Shown here in pieces: positions 31,015-43,079 of a DNA stretch of 64,000 nucleotides; within the stretch, counting starts at the first letter, position 1; every line of letters begins with the position of its first letter. The stretch covers positions 4,278,001 to 4,342,000 of the forward strand of contig SMSO01000034.1 in NCBI GenBank assembly GCA_004764695.1. Reading direction: 5' to 3'. The position numbers were made by a program, and so were the translations under genes. This DNA is from Schizochytrium sp. TIO01. Its lineage: Eukaryota > Protista > Bigyra: Labyrinthulomycetes. The notes under the pieces are model-generated. The model worked only from the letters and a program-made list of their open reading frames with translations. It ran no database searches and was not told where the DNA came from.

Positions 31015-34000
31015 ATGCCTGTCACGAGAAGAACAAGTCGCCGCGCGCCGCGGGTGAACTACAAGGAAAGAGAAGGCTCCGGGGAGGAGTCCGATGAGGA
31101 TCATGAAGACAAAGCTCACAAAGATCAAACAGAGAAACGCCAGGAAGAGGATGGCAAGGAGGAAGATGAAGATGATAATGCAGACGAGGAATCAGACTAC
31201 GAAAAGACGCTGAAGCCAACGTCAAAAAGACCAGTAAGGAAAACGCGGACTACAAGGAGCTCTGCAACAAAACAAAAAGCAAGAACATCAAACAATATCA
31301 AGGTAAAATACGAGGATGAGAGTGAAGAGGAGATTGAGGAGGATGAAGAAGAAGAAGAAGAAGAAGAAGAAGAAGAAGAAGAAGAAAAGATCCCCAAAAG
31401 ACGCTTTTCCACTCGAAAGAACCAGCAACAAAGACAAGAGAAGAGAAGAGCAACATCATCATCAAAGGCAGCTCCTAGGGGCGGTCGTTCTACTCGGAGA
31501 ACTGCTAAGAGAGCCACACAATCTGAAAAGGTTAGTGAAGATGAAATTGATAGCGATGAGGATGGAGACGAGAACTTTGAGGAAAGCGATCACGACAGCG
31601 ACGAATACGTTCCTGATGATGATGAGAATCGTCGAAAAGATGATGATGATGATGATGAGATGGTAGATCTTGTGGACGACGATGATGAAATTGCTGAAAA
31701 AGGCGGGGCAAGTGGTGACGAAGACGCTGCCATCGTGACCCCACGGCGACCAAGGCCAAGTCACACGGGCGATCATGATGACGGTGAATACGAATTTGAC
31801 CCAGACTCAGATGGGCAAGCTGGAGATGAAAGCGGTGAAAGCAACGATGGTCTAAGGCGAGAATCTCCCCGGAACGTATTGTCGAAACGCAAATTGAGAA
31901 AGCGACGCTCTTCGCTGAAACCTGTGCGCCTGTCAATGGAAATCAATGCTAAAGATAGCGTTGAAAGTGGGGACGATGGAGACGAAGTTCAAAATCGCCT
32001 CACACGAAGACGCCGAAAGTCCTCTTCCTCTGCTGCTTCCTCTGTATCTTCAAATTCCTCAAAACACAGAGGCAAGAATTTTGTTGGTGAATCTAGTATC
32101 AGTAGCGAATCCGAAAACGATGATGTCGATGAGTCGAATAAAAACACTCGAGAGTACCACATGAAGCACCGGGACGAACCTGAGCGAAAACCGTTTAAAA
32201 TGGAATCTCTCGAACACAGCTGTTCAAAAGTTGATATTGTAACCTATGATCCTTTAGAAAAGAACCACGTGGTTTGGAAATCAGAAAGTGGTAAAGCAAT
32301 TTACTGCTACAACCTTTCTACGTTGCGGCAAGTAGCTATAAGCAAAAGGATGCAATGGATGGAACCTCCGACATTCTTGAAACCTATGTCTTCAGAGACT
32401 AAGGAGCAGATCGTAAAGGTTTTCGGTGAAGATGCCCTTGATCTCAATTCTCATGATGCTGACCCGCGCGCAGTCAAAGATATTGAGAGGCGCATTCTTA
32501 AGCAAGTCTGGGAAGTCCATTTTCGTCTTATGGGTAAGCATGAACTGCATATCTGTCCAATTTGTTACGAGCTTGCCGTTGATGAGTACATCAAGTATCG
32601 AAAAGAACATCCGGATCTAGACGAAGACGATGATCTGTACGAGCTGACTTTGGAAGATCACGATGAGCCTGAACAAGACAAGGACAAAGATGAGGATCTA
32701 GAAAACCGTGTGGTGAATCCTCTTCATGTTCTTGACCACTATCATGTAAGTTTCTTAGCAGTCTCTTGCCAACAGCGAGAAGTACCTGAAGTTTCTCTTT
32801 TTTAACTTTGCTTTTGGAATATACTAACATTGCTCTATATAGGATTGGGACGGGGCCGCTGCGATGTCGTTTTTGAGTTATATGGGAGTAAAAGGTCATC
32901 TTAAAGAGGTGCATGGTGTTTCTGTTGGTGGACGAGAGGAGAAATCTCTTGTTAATGACTATCGGGTAAGTTATTGCTAAGCCATTTCAAAAGGAAGAAC
33001 TGAGCACTAACATTGTAAATCAAAATCTGTGAATTTAAATCGTATCAAGTTGCGTGCAACGGACGGCCTAGTGCAGAAATTTGTCTCTAAAAAGTCCAAG
33101 TTTCGTAATTCTGGTAATTGGGCTGTATACTTTTGGAAAACAAATACTGCTTATGCGGGAATATTCAATATGTTGATAGATAAAGTCGAAGCGGCTGAGG
33201 CTGATCTTCGTGAGCGTGGCACTACGTTTCCGAGATCTGTGCTGCATCGCAAGTCGAAGGGTCTATGGAAGGATCTAACAAGCAATCTAGGTTCTAACGA
33301 CGAAGAAGAGCTTGCAGCTTTCTTTGTGGATGATGATGACGTGTCAAGCGAGGATGATGACGTTGCTCAGCGAAAACGTAGTCGTACAAGGGGACAACGG
33401 GGATCTGACGATGGGGATGACGGTGCAGATGGTGAAATTAAAACCAAGGTCCACCCGTCACTACTAATGGAAGAAGGTGAGCTAGAACACCTACGTAATC
33501 TCAAATCCTTTTATGCAGAAGTCGACGAGCGAGAGGGTAGTGATGATGAAGATGATTATTCAGAGGATGAAATCATTCCTGTTTTGTCAGATCAAGATGA
33601 GAGCGATAGCGAGCATGAATCTCGGCGAAGTAAAAACAGGAAACCAGGCAAATCTAAACGAAAGCTTTTAACACCAAGTAAACGTCGAGCCTCACATGCC
33701 CGCAAAGAATCAGATGGTAGTGGGATTGCAAGTGAAGACAGTAATGAAGATGACGACGACAACGACGACGACGACGACGATGATGATGATGATGATCACA
33801 GCGATCCTGGTAAGCTAGCTTCTCCATTTGTGGTAAAACGCAAAGTGCTGACGCCAAGAAAGCACTTGTCATCAGAATCGGACAAAGAAGGCTCGGATGC
33901 TGAGGTTAATCAAGCTCGTTTACAGGGCAGATCAGGCGGCAAGCGCCGGGTGTTGCTTGATGATGAAGATGAAGCAGAGGGGAAAGAATCTAAAGACTAT

Positions 34001-34063
34001 CAAACTCCAAGTCATAAGAAGCAGCGTGTTCTCAACGATAGTGAAGACGAAGACGCTTACTAA
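31015..34063 (+). CDS. Uncharacterised acidic/basic low-complexity nuclear-type protein with a central folded domain; 3 exons (31015-32745, 32843-32965, 33050-34063)
   Basis: Two phase-0 GT-AG introns (gtaag at 32746 and 32966; actaac branch sites near 32823 and 33006) join the two big ORFs through a 41-codon exon (DWDGAAAMSFLSYMGVKGHLKEVHG...DYR). PolyE/polyD tracts and many basic NLS-like clusters. Confidence 0.8.
31346..31387. repeat. (GAA)n coding microsatellite, polyglutamate
   Basis: An uninterrupted gaa run inside the 31015 CDS. Confidence 0.9.
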
Positions 34064-34125
34064 ACTTCTGGAGAAGCCTAAGTGGAAAATCATTTTGCTT
34101 GCTTTGTAAATTGCAGGAAGAAAAC

Positions 34126-35092
34126 TCAGTCTTGAACCATCACAAGCTCTCGCACTCGATCAAGAGTTTCGGGGTCAATACCAATGTAATCCTGTAGGTA
34201 GTTGCGAACTGACCCGTGGCGTTTTTCCAACCGCATTAAAGATTGCGCCATCGCCTCGCGAGGGCTTTTCATGGTGTGTGGATTCAGAAGTGCTTCATGC
34301 CTTTTCTGATCTTCATCTTGCACAGCCATCAGTAACCTCTGACCAGATAATACATAATCATCTATAACTTCATCATAAGGAACATTGCAAAGACGAAGCA
34401 GGAGAGCCACAATAAGTCCGGTACGATCTTTACCTGCTACACAGTGAATCAAAAGTGGGTAATTTTCTGGGTTTGCTAGTTGCAAAAACGATATACGAAT
34501 TGGCGCCTTTGCGTAATCGAACATCACATTGTAGTAGTTGGTGATGGTGGAAGAATTCTCAAAAAGATGATATGTTATTTGGGGGATAAAACCACGACAG
34601 GGCCATAAAAGAAACAATCTTATCTTGAAACCAATGGAGAAACTGTTGAGCAGCTGTATACCGGTGTAGCTATTTTTCAAGCAGACGCGGTTATGGGTAA
34701 ATCTATTAGCATTTCATGTACATAGAGCTGTCATTTAGAAAAAAAATCAACTTACTTGTCAACCATTGGAACCAAAATACGGTGAGCGGAAGGGACTACC
34801 GGAGGGTCGTCTTTTCGTCGAAGATCTATGATTTTCTTAATTCCAAGATCTTTCACATGAGACTCTGCAGGCGAGATAACTCTCAGTTAGTGAGAAGGGT
34901 ACTGCATGATTTTGCAGAACACACGAACTTACCATCAAACAAACAACTACACCTATAAACACACCCAGGTTTGATACGCAAGGGGGACACAGAATGTAAG
35001 TCTCGTAGATTTGGCACGTTATCGATGCCCTCTGGGCCTTCTTGCAGCAAAGCCTCAGCAGCTTCGCTTATTTCCATCGCACTGTTCATCAT
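34126..35092 (-). CDS. Protein-tyrosine-phosphatase-like enzyme (Y_phosphatase3 / IphP-MptpB type); 3 exons (35092-34933, 34864-34756, 34669-34126)
   Basis: PNLRDL...VYR, LGIKKIIDLR, the active site PLLIHCVAGKDRTG, and DDYVLS...HGSVRNYL. Two GT-AG introns keep the frame (phases 1 and 2). Confidence 0.9.
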
Positions 35093-35652
35093 TGCTATTC
35101 TTCTTGACCTATTTCTTGGACAGTGCGACCGTGTCTTCAGTAAGCCAAGTTCATAAATCTTTTTGCGTAGCTCGCTTCACTGGTAGAGGAAATATTTTGC
35201 TAGTAGATACAAGTTGTTCCCATGGCTTTTGAGAACCTGCTCCGTTTATGCGCAGCGATCCACGGCTTGTCAAGTTTTTTCCACTTTTACAAGAAAAAAT
35301 GAAATGATGGTGTTTTTCATTAGTTTTATTATTTACCAAAGAAAAGAACTGAGTACCTACCTAGCTAGACTCTAGGATATCAAGCATAATAAAACAAGTC
35401 ATTAATGATTATAGAATTAAATAAATAAATAAATATATATATATTCGCAGAAGTTCTTAGCCAAACACTCTTTGATCTTGCAGGACCGTGGAGAGCATAG
35501 CTCCGTTTAAGCAAGGTGGCACGGACGAAAGGTAGTGAGGGACACTTTTGCGGAGGTTCCACAACAAGGCACTGTCATTCTTGGTATCAAGATAAAGCTT
35601 TTGAAAGAATAACGAAGGGCTGCTGTATGCAGCTTGATCGACGAGGACCTCC

Positions 35653-36413
35653 ATGCAGAGCAACAGAGGCAGCAAGGCAGGACTCCGTGCTCGTGGAGCA
35701 GCAGCACAGGAGCCTGAAACACACATTTTAGATGATCATGAGCAAGAAGAGCGTCTACGAGCTCTTCAAGATGAGATGCAGCGTAGTACACGGTTCTGGA
35801 GTAGCAGCGTTGGTACGTTTTCTATCTTTTACAAATTTGGCTGCAGTTGACATTTGTAGGATGTAAGGCTTCTGTTACCTAAATACAGACTGTTAAACTG
35901 AGAGACTCTGAAGTGCGCGCGAAAGGGTTCACAACTCAGCAGATGAAAACAGATCTTTCGTGCATATTGATTAACACCCATGTGAAAGTAAATATTGTGA
36001 AAGAAATACTGACCGGGCTAATTATTGTATGGATTTTTACAGCATTACTTGGACCTATACTTGCTTTTGTGCATGGTATGCTTTATGTCATTTGGCTTCC
36101 AGGTCTCGTGCCTTTGAGTCTCGTAGGTTTTTCATGCTTGCAACACCTCTTGGTGTCATACTTTTGCCTTAATGACGTGCGTGATCTAGCACGGGTAAAC
36201 CCTCGATCAAAACTGCAAATCGTTCTCGCCCTGGCTTCAGTAATTCCAATTGCATGGAGCATGTGCCTCAAATCAGCTTCCCATGTAGCGCTGGTTTACT
36301 TACTCAATCTCGCGCATGGCGCTCTTGCTTGGTACCTAGGTGTCGCCGCTCTCGAAAGTGAACGAGATCTTGCAGGGCTAGCTTCACTTCGATACAACCT
36401 CAAGTCTGCCTAA
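35653..36413 (+). CDS. Small conserved-type multi-pass membrane protein; 2 exons (35653-35812, 36043-36413)
   Basis: N-terminal LDDHEQEERLRALQ helix, a phase-1 intron gtacg...tttacag, about four hydrophobic segments, and C-terminal ERDLAGLASLRYNLKSA. Confidence 0.7.
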
Positions 36414-37567
36414 TCGGAACTATTTGATTCTCGGTACTTTCAGTGCGCATGCCTTAGGTAAAATGAGATCGAGGTGCTCTACTGGTGTGCGAGTTTCTTT
36501 CTATATGACATACGCATACGCATACGCATACCTTCGGACAGTAAGATTATTTACTCCACTTGTTCAAATATGCATTGCCGCGCTACAACGCTAACTATTA
36601 TTCAACTGCTTCCAGGTCCGCGTATCACTTTAATCATCGCTCACCTGTGACAAGGGTATTACAACGATTCGGCCTCAGCATGAAGATCCGTTCGAGGAAA
36701 TAGTCCAGTCGCTTCGCTTTCGTTGGGCTCCTCACTCTATCCTCAAGTTACCCATTCCGAGCATATGCTTCGGCCTTTCGTACTCTCCAAGCTGCTTGGC
36801 ACAGCGTTTTCATGGCTCTGATCCTCGCTTTCATCACGACTTAAATCTAGCCGAATCCATGGTTTCCTACCCTCCTGCATTCAACCTGCATGCAACCACA
36901 ATTCTGTTAGCGTTTTCTTCTAATCTCTCCTCGCAAACGCTTGCTACCTGTGCAGGTTTTGAAGTCCTTGTGCCATATGAACACAAATGCCTACTTGGCA
37001 TCGCTGAGGTGCACGAGCATTGCGCATCCCATTGGATCGCCTATATACTACACATCAGAGCGATCCAATAGTAGCCTCGAAAGAGATGAAGTCCTTTCAA
37101 CAAGAGAGATAATGAGAATAATGAAAAATCATCATGATGGAAGAAGAATGAACAACGCATGTTTCATGAAGAGTGAAAGAGGGCATTCCCAGAGCTAAAG
37201 CTCTCTGAATCAGCAGACAAAGCATTGCAGGTCAGTCCTCTCTCCATCATTATCACTCTGTTAGCCGGTAGCAGTGTTGAGGGAAACAAGAAAGAAAGCA
37301 ATATCAATTGAAATGGAGAGAGATTCATTGGTACTAATAACACGAGTGGTAGTACCCTAATAGTAGATAGAAAGAAACAAGAGTACAAAAGAAAGTAGGA
37401 AAGAAAAGTCAATAAAAGCGCACGGCGAGCAAAAGTTGTTCGCTAATTCATGTGAACCTAAACCCCAACTCAAGGTCGGTTGAATTCTGTACTCTGTGGC
37501 CTTGCCTCTCCTGGGCTAGCATTCAAATCAGGGCCTTGACTATATTTTCTTGTGTTTAGCTTGCGCC

Positions 37568-38652
37568 ATGGAGAATTTCCTGGCCGGCGGCGCATCTGCG
37601 CTCGTGGCCATCACCATTATGCACCCCGTGGATGTGGTGAAAACACGGCTACAAATGCAGGGCGAAGGCGCAAATGCAGGTGGCGTGAAATATAAGGGCG
37701 TTTTTTCGAGCATGGTGCGCATTGCGCAAAATGAAGGTATTGCAGGACTCTACAGAGGCATTCTGCCTGCATACTGTTTGCAGTTTACAGTCACAGCAGT
37801 TCGATTTGGAATCTATGGTGCGAGCAAGAAGTGGTTTGCGGAGCAGGATGCCATGGGCGATGGTGAGGCCTCCAAGACTAGTAGGCTCTCGAGAAATTTT
37901 GCACTTGCTGGCATTTCAGGCGCTTGTGGAGGCATGCTAGGAGCGCCGTTCTTTGCACTCAAAACGAGAGCTCAGGTGTACTCAACGTCGAAAGAACTGG
38001 CTGTTGGAACGCAGCATAAACCTCCTGAATCTATTCCTCGGGCTCTCATGCAGATCTATCGTGAGGAGGGCCTCAGAGGATTTATTAGAGGCACTGATGC
38101 CTTTGTACCCAGAGTTGTGGTATATGGTGCTGCCCAGCTTGGTGTCTATGATCTCGTGAAGACTATCTTTTTGGAAAACTTTGGATTCGTTGAGGGTCCA
38201 CTCCTGCATTTTAGCACAGCCGCTGTGGCAGCCGCCGTAGCAGTTACTGCTATTCAGCCTTTCGATTTTCTCGCCGCGCGGACCATGAACCAACCTGTGG
38301 ACCTGGCGACTGGCCGCGGCGCTTTGTACAATGGTTTGTTGGACTGTGCGGTTAAGTCTATCCGTTCAGAGGGCCCATCATGTCTCCTCAAGGGCTCCTG
38401 GGCAAATATTTGTCGTATGGTAAGTTAACACGCAAGGCTTGATGCACTCTTGCCTAGCAAGGGTCAAAATCCTCATGCCAAGGTTATGTCTTTCTTGAAA
38501 CATTAGCATCAAAAAATGCTGACTAACCATTCTTGTTTTGCTTTATTTAAAACTCATGTTTTCCCACTCAGACACCTTACACGGTCATTGTACTTTTCCT
38601 TTTTGAGCAGTTCAAGCCACTTCTTTCCTCAGAAGAGGGAGAAAAGGCATAA
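37568..38652 (+). CDS. Mitochondrial carrier, Oac1/SLC25A34-35-like (oxaloacetate/sulfate type); 2 exons (37568-38419, 38572-38652)
   Basis: Carrier signatures HPVDVVKTRLQMQGE, APFFALKTRAQ and QPFDFLAARTMNQP. AVGTQH and GALYNG are typical of Oac1/SLC25A34-35. The intron (gtaagt at 38420, gactaac branch, cag at 38571) adds the final helix TPYTVIVLFLFEQF. Confidence 0.88.
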
Positions 38653-39109
38653 TATTATCATTATTTGTTGTTGCCTTTCTATATTCAGTTATCTAGTGGT
38701 TTGCATGGCTTATGTGAAGTAATAACACTCAAACTATAGACAGACCAGAAGTGTCGTTGCATAACGAGTAGCCTTATAACGAACGCATATGCGCCTTTTT
38801 CTTCACCTGAGGGAAAAAAACCTTCTCATGAAGTAAGATATAATCATGATTCATCTACAATGAGTTTTAATTAGGCTATTATAGCTTCAGACCTTTGAAA
38901 TCAGCAAGCATGTCTCTCCCTTATAAATTAAGCAAGATCAAGAAAACAATTTAAGAAAAGAGAAAGATTTAACTGTTCACGTTATTTGTATCGGCGATGC
39001 AGATACCATACACAGACAAGAAGTAGTAAGGTTTTATGTAGGAAAGATGGAACAAAAAGAAGCAGCTACAAACAATCACGAAGTGGGTGTGCCAGGTTTG
39101 AAGAGATGT

Positions 39110-39433
39110 TTATTCCTCCTTGTCACTGTCAGCATCGTCCTTCTTAGCAGTCTCCTTCTTGGCGGCCTCTTCCTTGGCTTCTTCCTTCACCTCCTCCTTG
39201 AGGTCAGTGAGGCCGAGCTTCTCAGCCATCTCAGGTCCGAGGGCCTTGACGACAGCCTTCTTGAGCTGGTCGATGGTGTCGAGAACCTTCTGCTGGTACG
39301 GCTGACCTTGTTCCATAAGCTCTTCAAGCTTGTCAAGATACTTGGCCACAGACTCGTTCTCCTTGGCCTTGACAAGGGCTGTGTTCATCTCCTCGCGCAC
39401 GCGGTCGAGCACTTCGTAAACCTTGTCCGACAT
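39110..39433 (-). CDS. Small (107 aa) highly charged helical protein of unknown function, probably highly expressed
   Basis: ATG in an acc-ATG context and very strong G/C-ending codon bias (AAG, GAG, GCC) like the La and ACAD genes. K/E-rich tail. Confidence 0.75.
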   Translation of the reverse strand: MSDKVYEVLDRVREEMNTALVKAKENESVAKYLDKLEELMEQGQPYQQKVLDTIDQLKKAVVKALGPEMAEKLGLTDLKEEVKEEAKEEAAKKETAKKDDADSDKEE

Positions 39434-42400
39434 GGTCTTGAAATTTAGTTCTCTTGTAACTAGTGCTTTATTCTGTTGCTATTTATGTTGCCGTCAAAAA
39501 ATCAGAGTTAGTTTCTCTTCTAGACTTGTTTGCCTATCTACATTACAGTAAAGTTTCAGAGTTCTGCAGCCAAGAAGCTCAAGTATTGCTCCATCTTTTG
39601 TTCAGGTTTTGTTCAGGTTTTGTCGTAGCCCTCGGTACGGGCCTTGAACATACGAGTTTAATCCAGCTTCATCATGAAGTGAGACTATAGTCTCTTTAAG
39701 CCAGTCCATGTGATCTGCCTCTTCTTGATAGGCCCTGGCCGAGCTGATGGATCAGTCGCACTGGATCGCACGGCTCAACTCCAGCCAGACCAGTCGTAAG
39801 GTCAATACACTAACAGCTTGCTGAATGGCTCACACAGAAACTACTGTTGCTGCTGTCGCGCTTGAACTTTGATCTATGTATGACGTACCTCAGCCACAAT
39901 CTGGGTTTGCTGACATCAAAGGATCAGGTCTGCTGCACGTGCTGGGTTGGTATTAGGAAAAAGTAGGTAATAAAGAAAGTTGTTTCCATATGTAATGTAT
40001 ATAATGAACTCCGATCATCGCACATAATAGTAATCAATTGGAAAAGATAACAGGGCCTGAAGTTAAAAAGCGTGCCACCTAAAAAATCTTACAGTCTACT
40101 ACCACTTTCTACTGCGATCTATCGTCAGGTTGCACTTCTTGAAAGTTCTTCTTTGAACAACTTGAAGTATCGCGTAAAGGTGGAAACTGATGTCCTCAGC
40201 AGCACGTGCAAGAGATCCTATAGTTTACCATATGAAAACCTTTATCTGGGGTGCAATTTAAAAGGATTTGTTTCCTGACACCTTTCATGTATCGAAACTC
40301 AAGCATTCCGTGATACCTACCTGCCGTAGCACACTCGATACGGGCCTCTCCTATTGGAGCTTTGCTTAAGCAGGACAATGTCTGCTGGAGCGGCGACCGG
40401 CCTTGAGGCTTCTAATACAGCAGAAGTTTTGACGAAGCGGTCTGGCCCTTGTTGCGGCTCACTTTGATGGGTGTACCACAGAAGAAACCTAATACCGCTC
40501 CTAATAGAGGGAGGTAGTGTAGATGAGGGAGGTAGGTACTAACTAACTCACAACCAACTCGAATGGAGCGATGGACTTGAGATGACGAGTGATAACCATT
40601 CTGCCAGTGATCTTTGTTTGCAATTACGTGATCGACGACTTGGAAACCAGAAGCCTTCCCTTGCCAGTGCCCTACCCAGGTACCCACCTACCTGCCTCGT
40701 GTATCTGTGTTTAATTGAAGTTATTGTGGCATGACTCAGGGAAACTCGCGCAAGTACTCACCCAGAAGCAGCAGTTCCTGAGTCCTGAAGCGACCTTGAG
40801 CTCTATGTTCTACCGAAAGCGAATGCGACGATGGCGGTGATGGCTGCCGATTGCCCGACCGGCTAGACGCCGACCGAAACATCATCTCGCGCAACCGAGC
40901 ACATGATGAAATGCCAGAATTGATGACTTCGATGGCCGCGATCAGCGATCGGTAAACTTCTTCTGTCAGTGCAAAGCTCACATGAAGCTAAAAACCTAGT
41001 TCTGCAATCCCTTCGCCTCCACATCGAAAGAACATTTCGGCAGGAGCACTCCGAGAGCAAGCTTGACTCTCATCCAATCGCGAGGCAGCAACAGAAGCGT
41101 CGCGAGTTTCGTTTTCGATGGTTACCCGGCTTTCCAAAACTGAGGGCCCGACTAGAATCAATCGAGGCTGCAATAGAATTAATTGATGGAAAGGAGAGAC
41201 GCAAGGTAGCGCCAACAACTTCAGGTTTTGTTTGTTGAAGTAGTGACTCACTACTTCTATACCTACCTCCCATTATAAAAGTTACTAGTGATTACAGATG
41301 GTGCACACCTGTTGCTGAGCATACATACAACAATCTTCGGAGGTGGCTACCATTCGCTGGAATAAGTTAGTTCGACCCGGATTTCTTTAGGACAAAACCC
41401 CACCGGCCTTGTCGATGCGCTGGTTGACTCGTAGAATCGCAGAACGCTGGACGAAACACTAAAACCATACCTAGGTAGGCACAGGTACTTGGGTAAACTG
41501 AGTTTGCATAGTTTGATTAGATTAAAAGAACAGTGTGCACCCTTTCCGTGCGCATTCCATGTTAAATAGGTTGCAGAATTCTGCCAAAAAAATCACTCAA
41601 CCAGAGTGTTTGCTTTGCATCTTTTTTAAAAAGCAGAGGAGCCCAAGGCCTGACCATCATGATTTAGACATTGCCCCTGGAACCAGATTAGTCAACTGCA
41701 TTATCCATCGATCTGCTACACCAAAGTAGGGTCCGCGGGAAACCCCAACAAAAGCTGGCATTCCGAAGCAAGTTTGGCTACAGATGATTCCAAAATAAGA
41801 ATGGAAACAATCTCGTCAGCAACTTTTGGCCTTCAAAACATTGAATGTATAGGACCAGTAAGTCATACCAGTTGCAAAATTAAGATGATTTGAACTACCT
41901 CTAGCATCTTGAGATGAGTTCTTGAGGGTAGACCATGTTGTTGCTTCGAATAAGCTTCATCATCTCTTTTTCTTAAAATAAACAAACAAACAATTATCTG
42001 AGAAATAAGGCACCCACTCTTTGAAAGTTAAAAGGTCAATAAGAGACTGACTTTTGACAGTAATACGATGCTTCCTCTACAAACGCAAGAAATCTGACGG
42101 ACAAACCTTGACACAGATTTTGAAAAAGCTATCGTACCCATCGTTTTTGCATTTCATGCTTTATTCATGGCACTTTTGCTTTAAACAAACTTCGGAAGCT
42201 CAATTTTTCAGACCAGAAGGAACATGGAGGTGACTTTCGGTAATTGACGCAAAGAAGCCCGACTCAGGCTCGTATCAATGTTCACTCTCTGGCACTCGCT
42301 AATTCTCGATGTAGGCTACGTTTAGATCTGGGGAAATTTTGATGTTTTTTAATTGCAAACTCTGCTGATCATATATCGTATTTACTTAGGTAGGCACTGT

Positions 42401-43079
42401 ATAGCAGCAGCTTTGATCGAGAAGCAGTTTTGAGAGGAAATACCAACAGAATCCCGGAGCCTGGGCATCGAGGGATTGACTACCTTCCGAATTAGGTGTG
42501 CAAACATATTGATAGTTTTGCTGACTGAATCCAATACTACCTTCCCTCGTATTTCTTTCTCACAAAAAATGTTTCTTATCAGGTATGATGCACCTTTTCG
42601 GTCGCGCGAGAGTGGGACGCTAATTCTCGAGCATGAACGGTCCACAAGTGATCATAGTACGGGCTATACTTATGTAGTCGCAACTTCTTATACTACCTAG
42701 TATTTATCTAGGTGCTCTCAAATACATGAAACAAGAGTTAGGTACACTCGCTCGTGCAAGTATGGCAGATACATAAATTGGTGTAGGGTTTGTGCTTCGT
42801 AGACTTGCGTAGGGTGAAAATCAAGGGAAAGCTAAAAGATCACTAAGCTGTATCTTACTTGAAATGAACGAGGGAAGTGAGCCTCAAACTTCAAGTTGAT
42901 TTACAGAGAAATGTAAAAAAAGAATATCTGAAATCCAGGGTTTGCTCCTTGGGGTGAAAATATGAATCAAGAGATTTGAACAGTCGAGGAAGTTACGTGA
43001 AATTGATTGTTAGAAAACTGTTAGGAATGTGTTCATGAAATTTGCAGGTGCATACACTATCAACCAACAGATATTAAAT

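Noticed and set aside
39047-39448. 133-aa hydrophobic plus-strand ORF
   Set aside because: Antisense shadow of the codon-biased K/E-rich minus-strand gene.
41340-41420. GTTCGA T-loop-like words (also near 23765)
   Set aside because: No cloverleaf stems or A-box at the right spacing, so not called tRNA.
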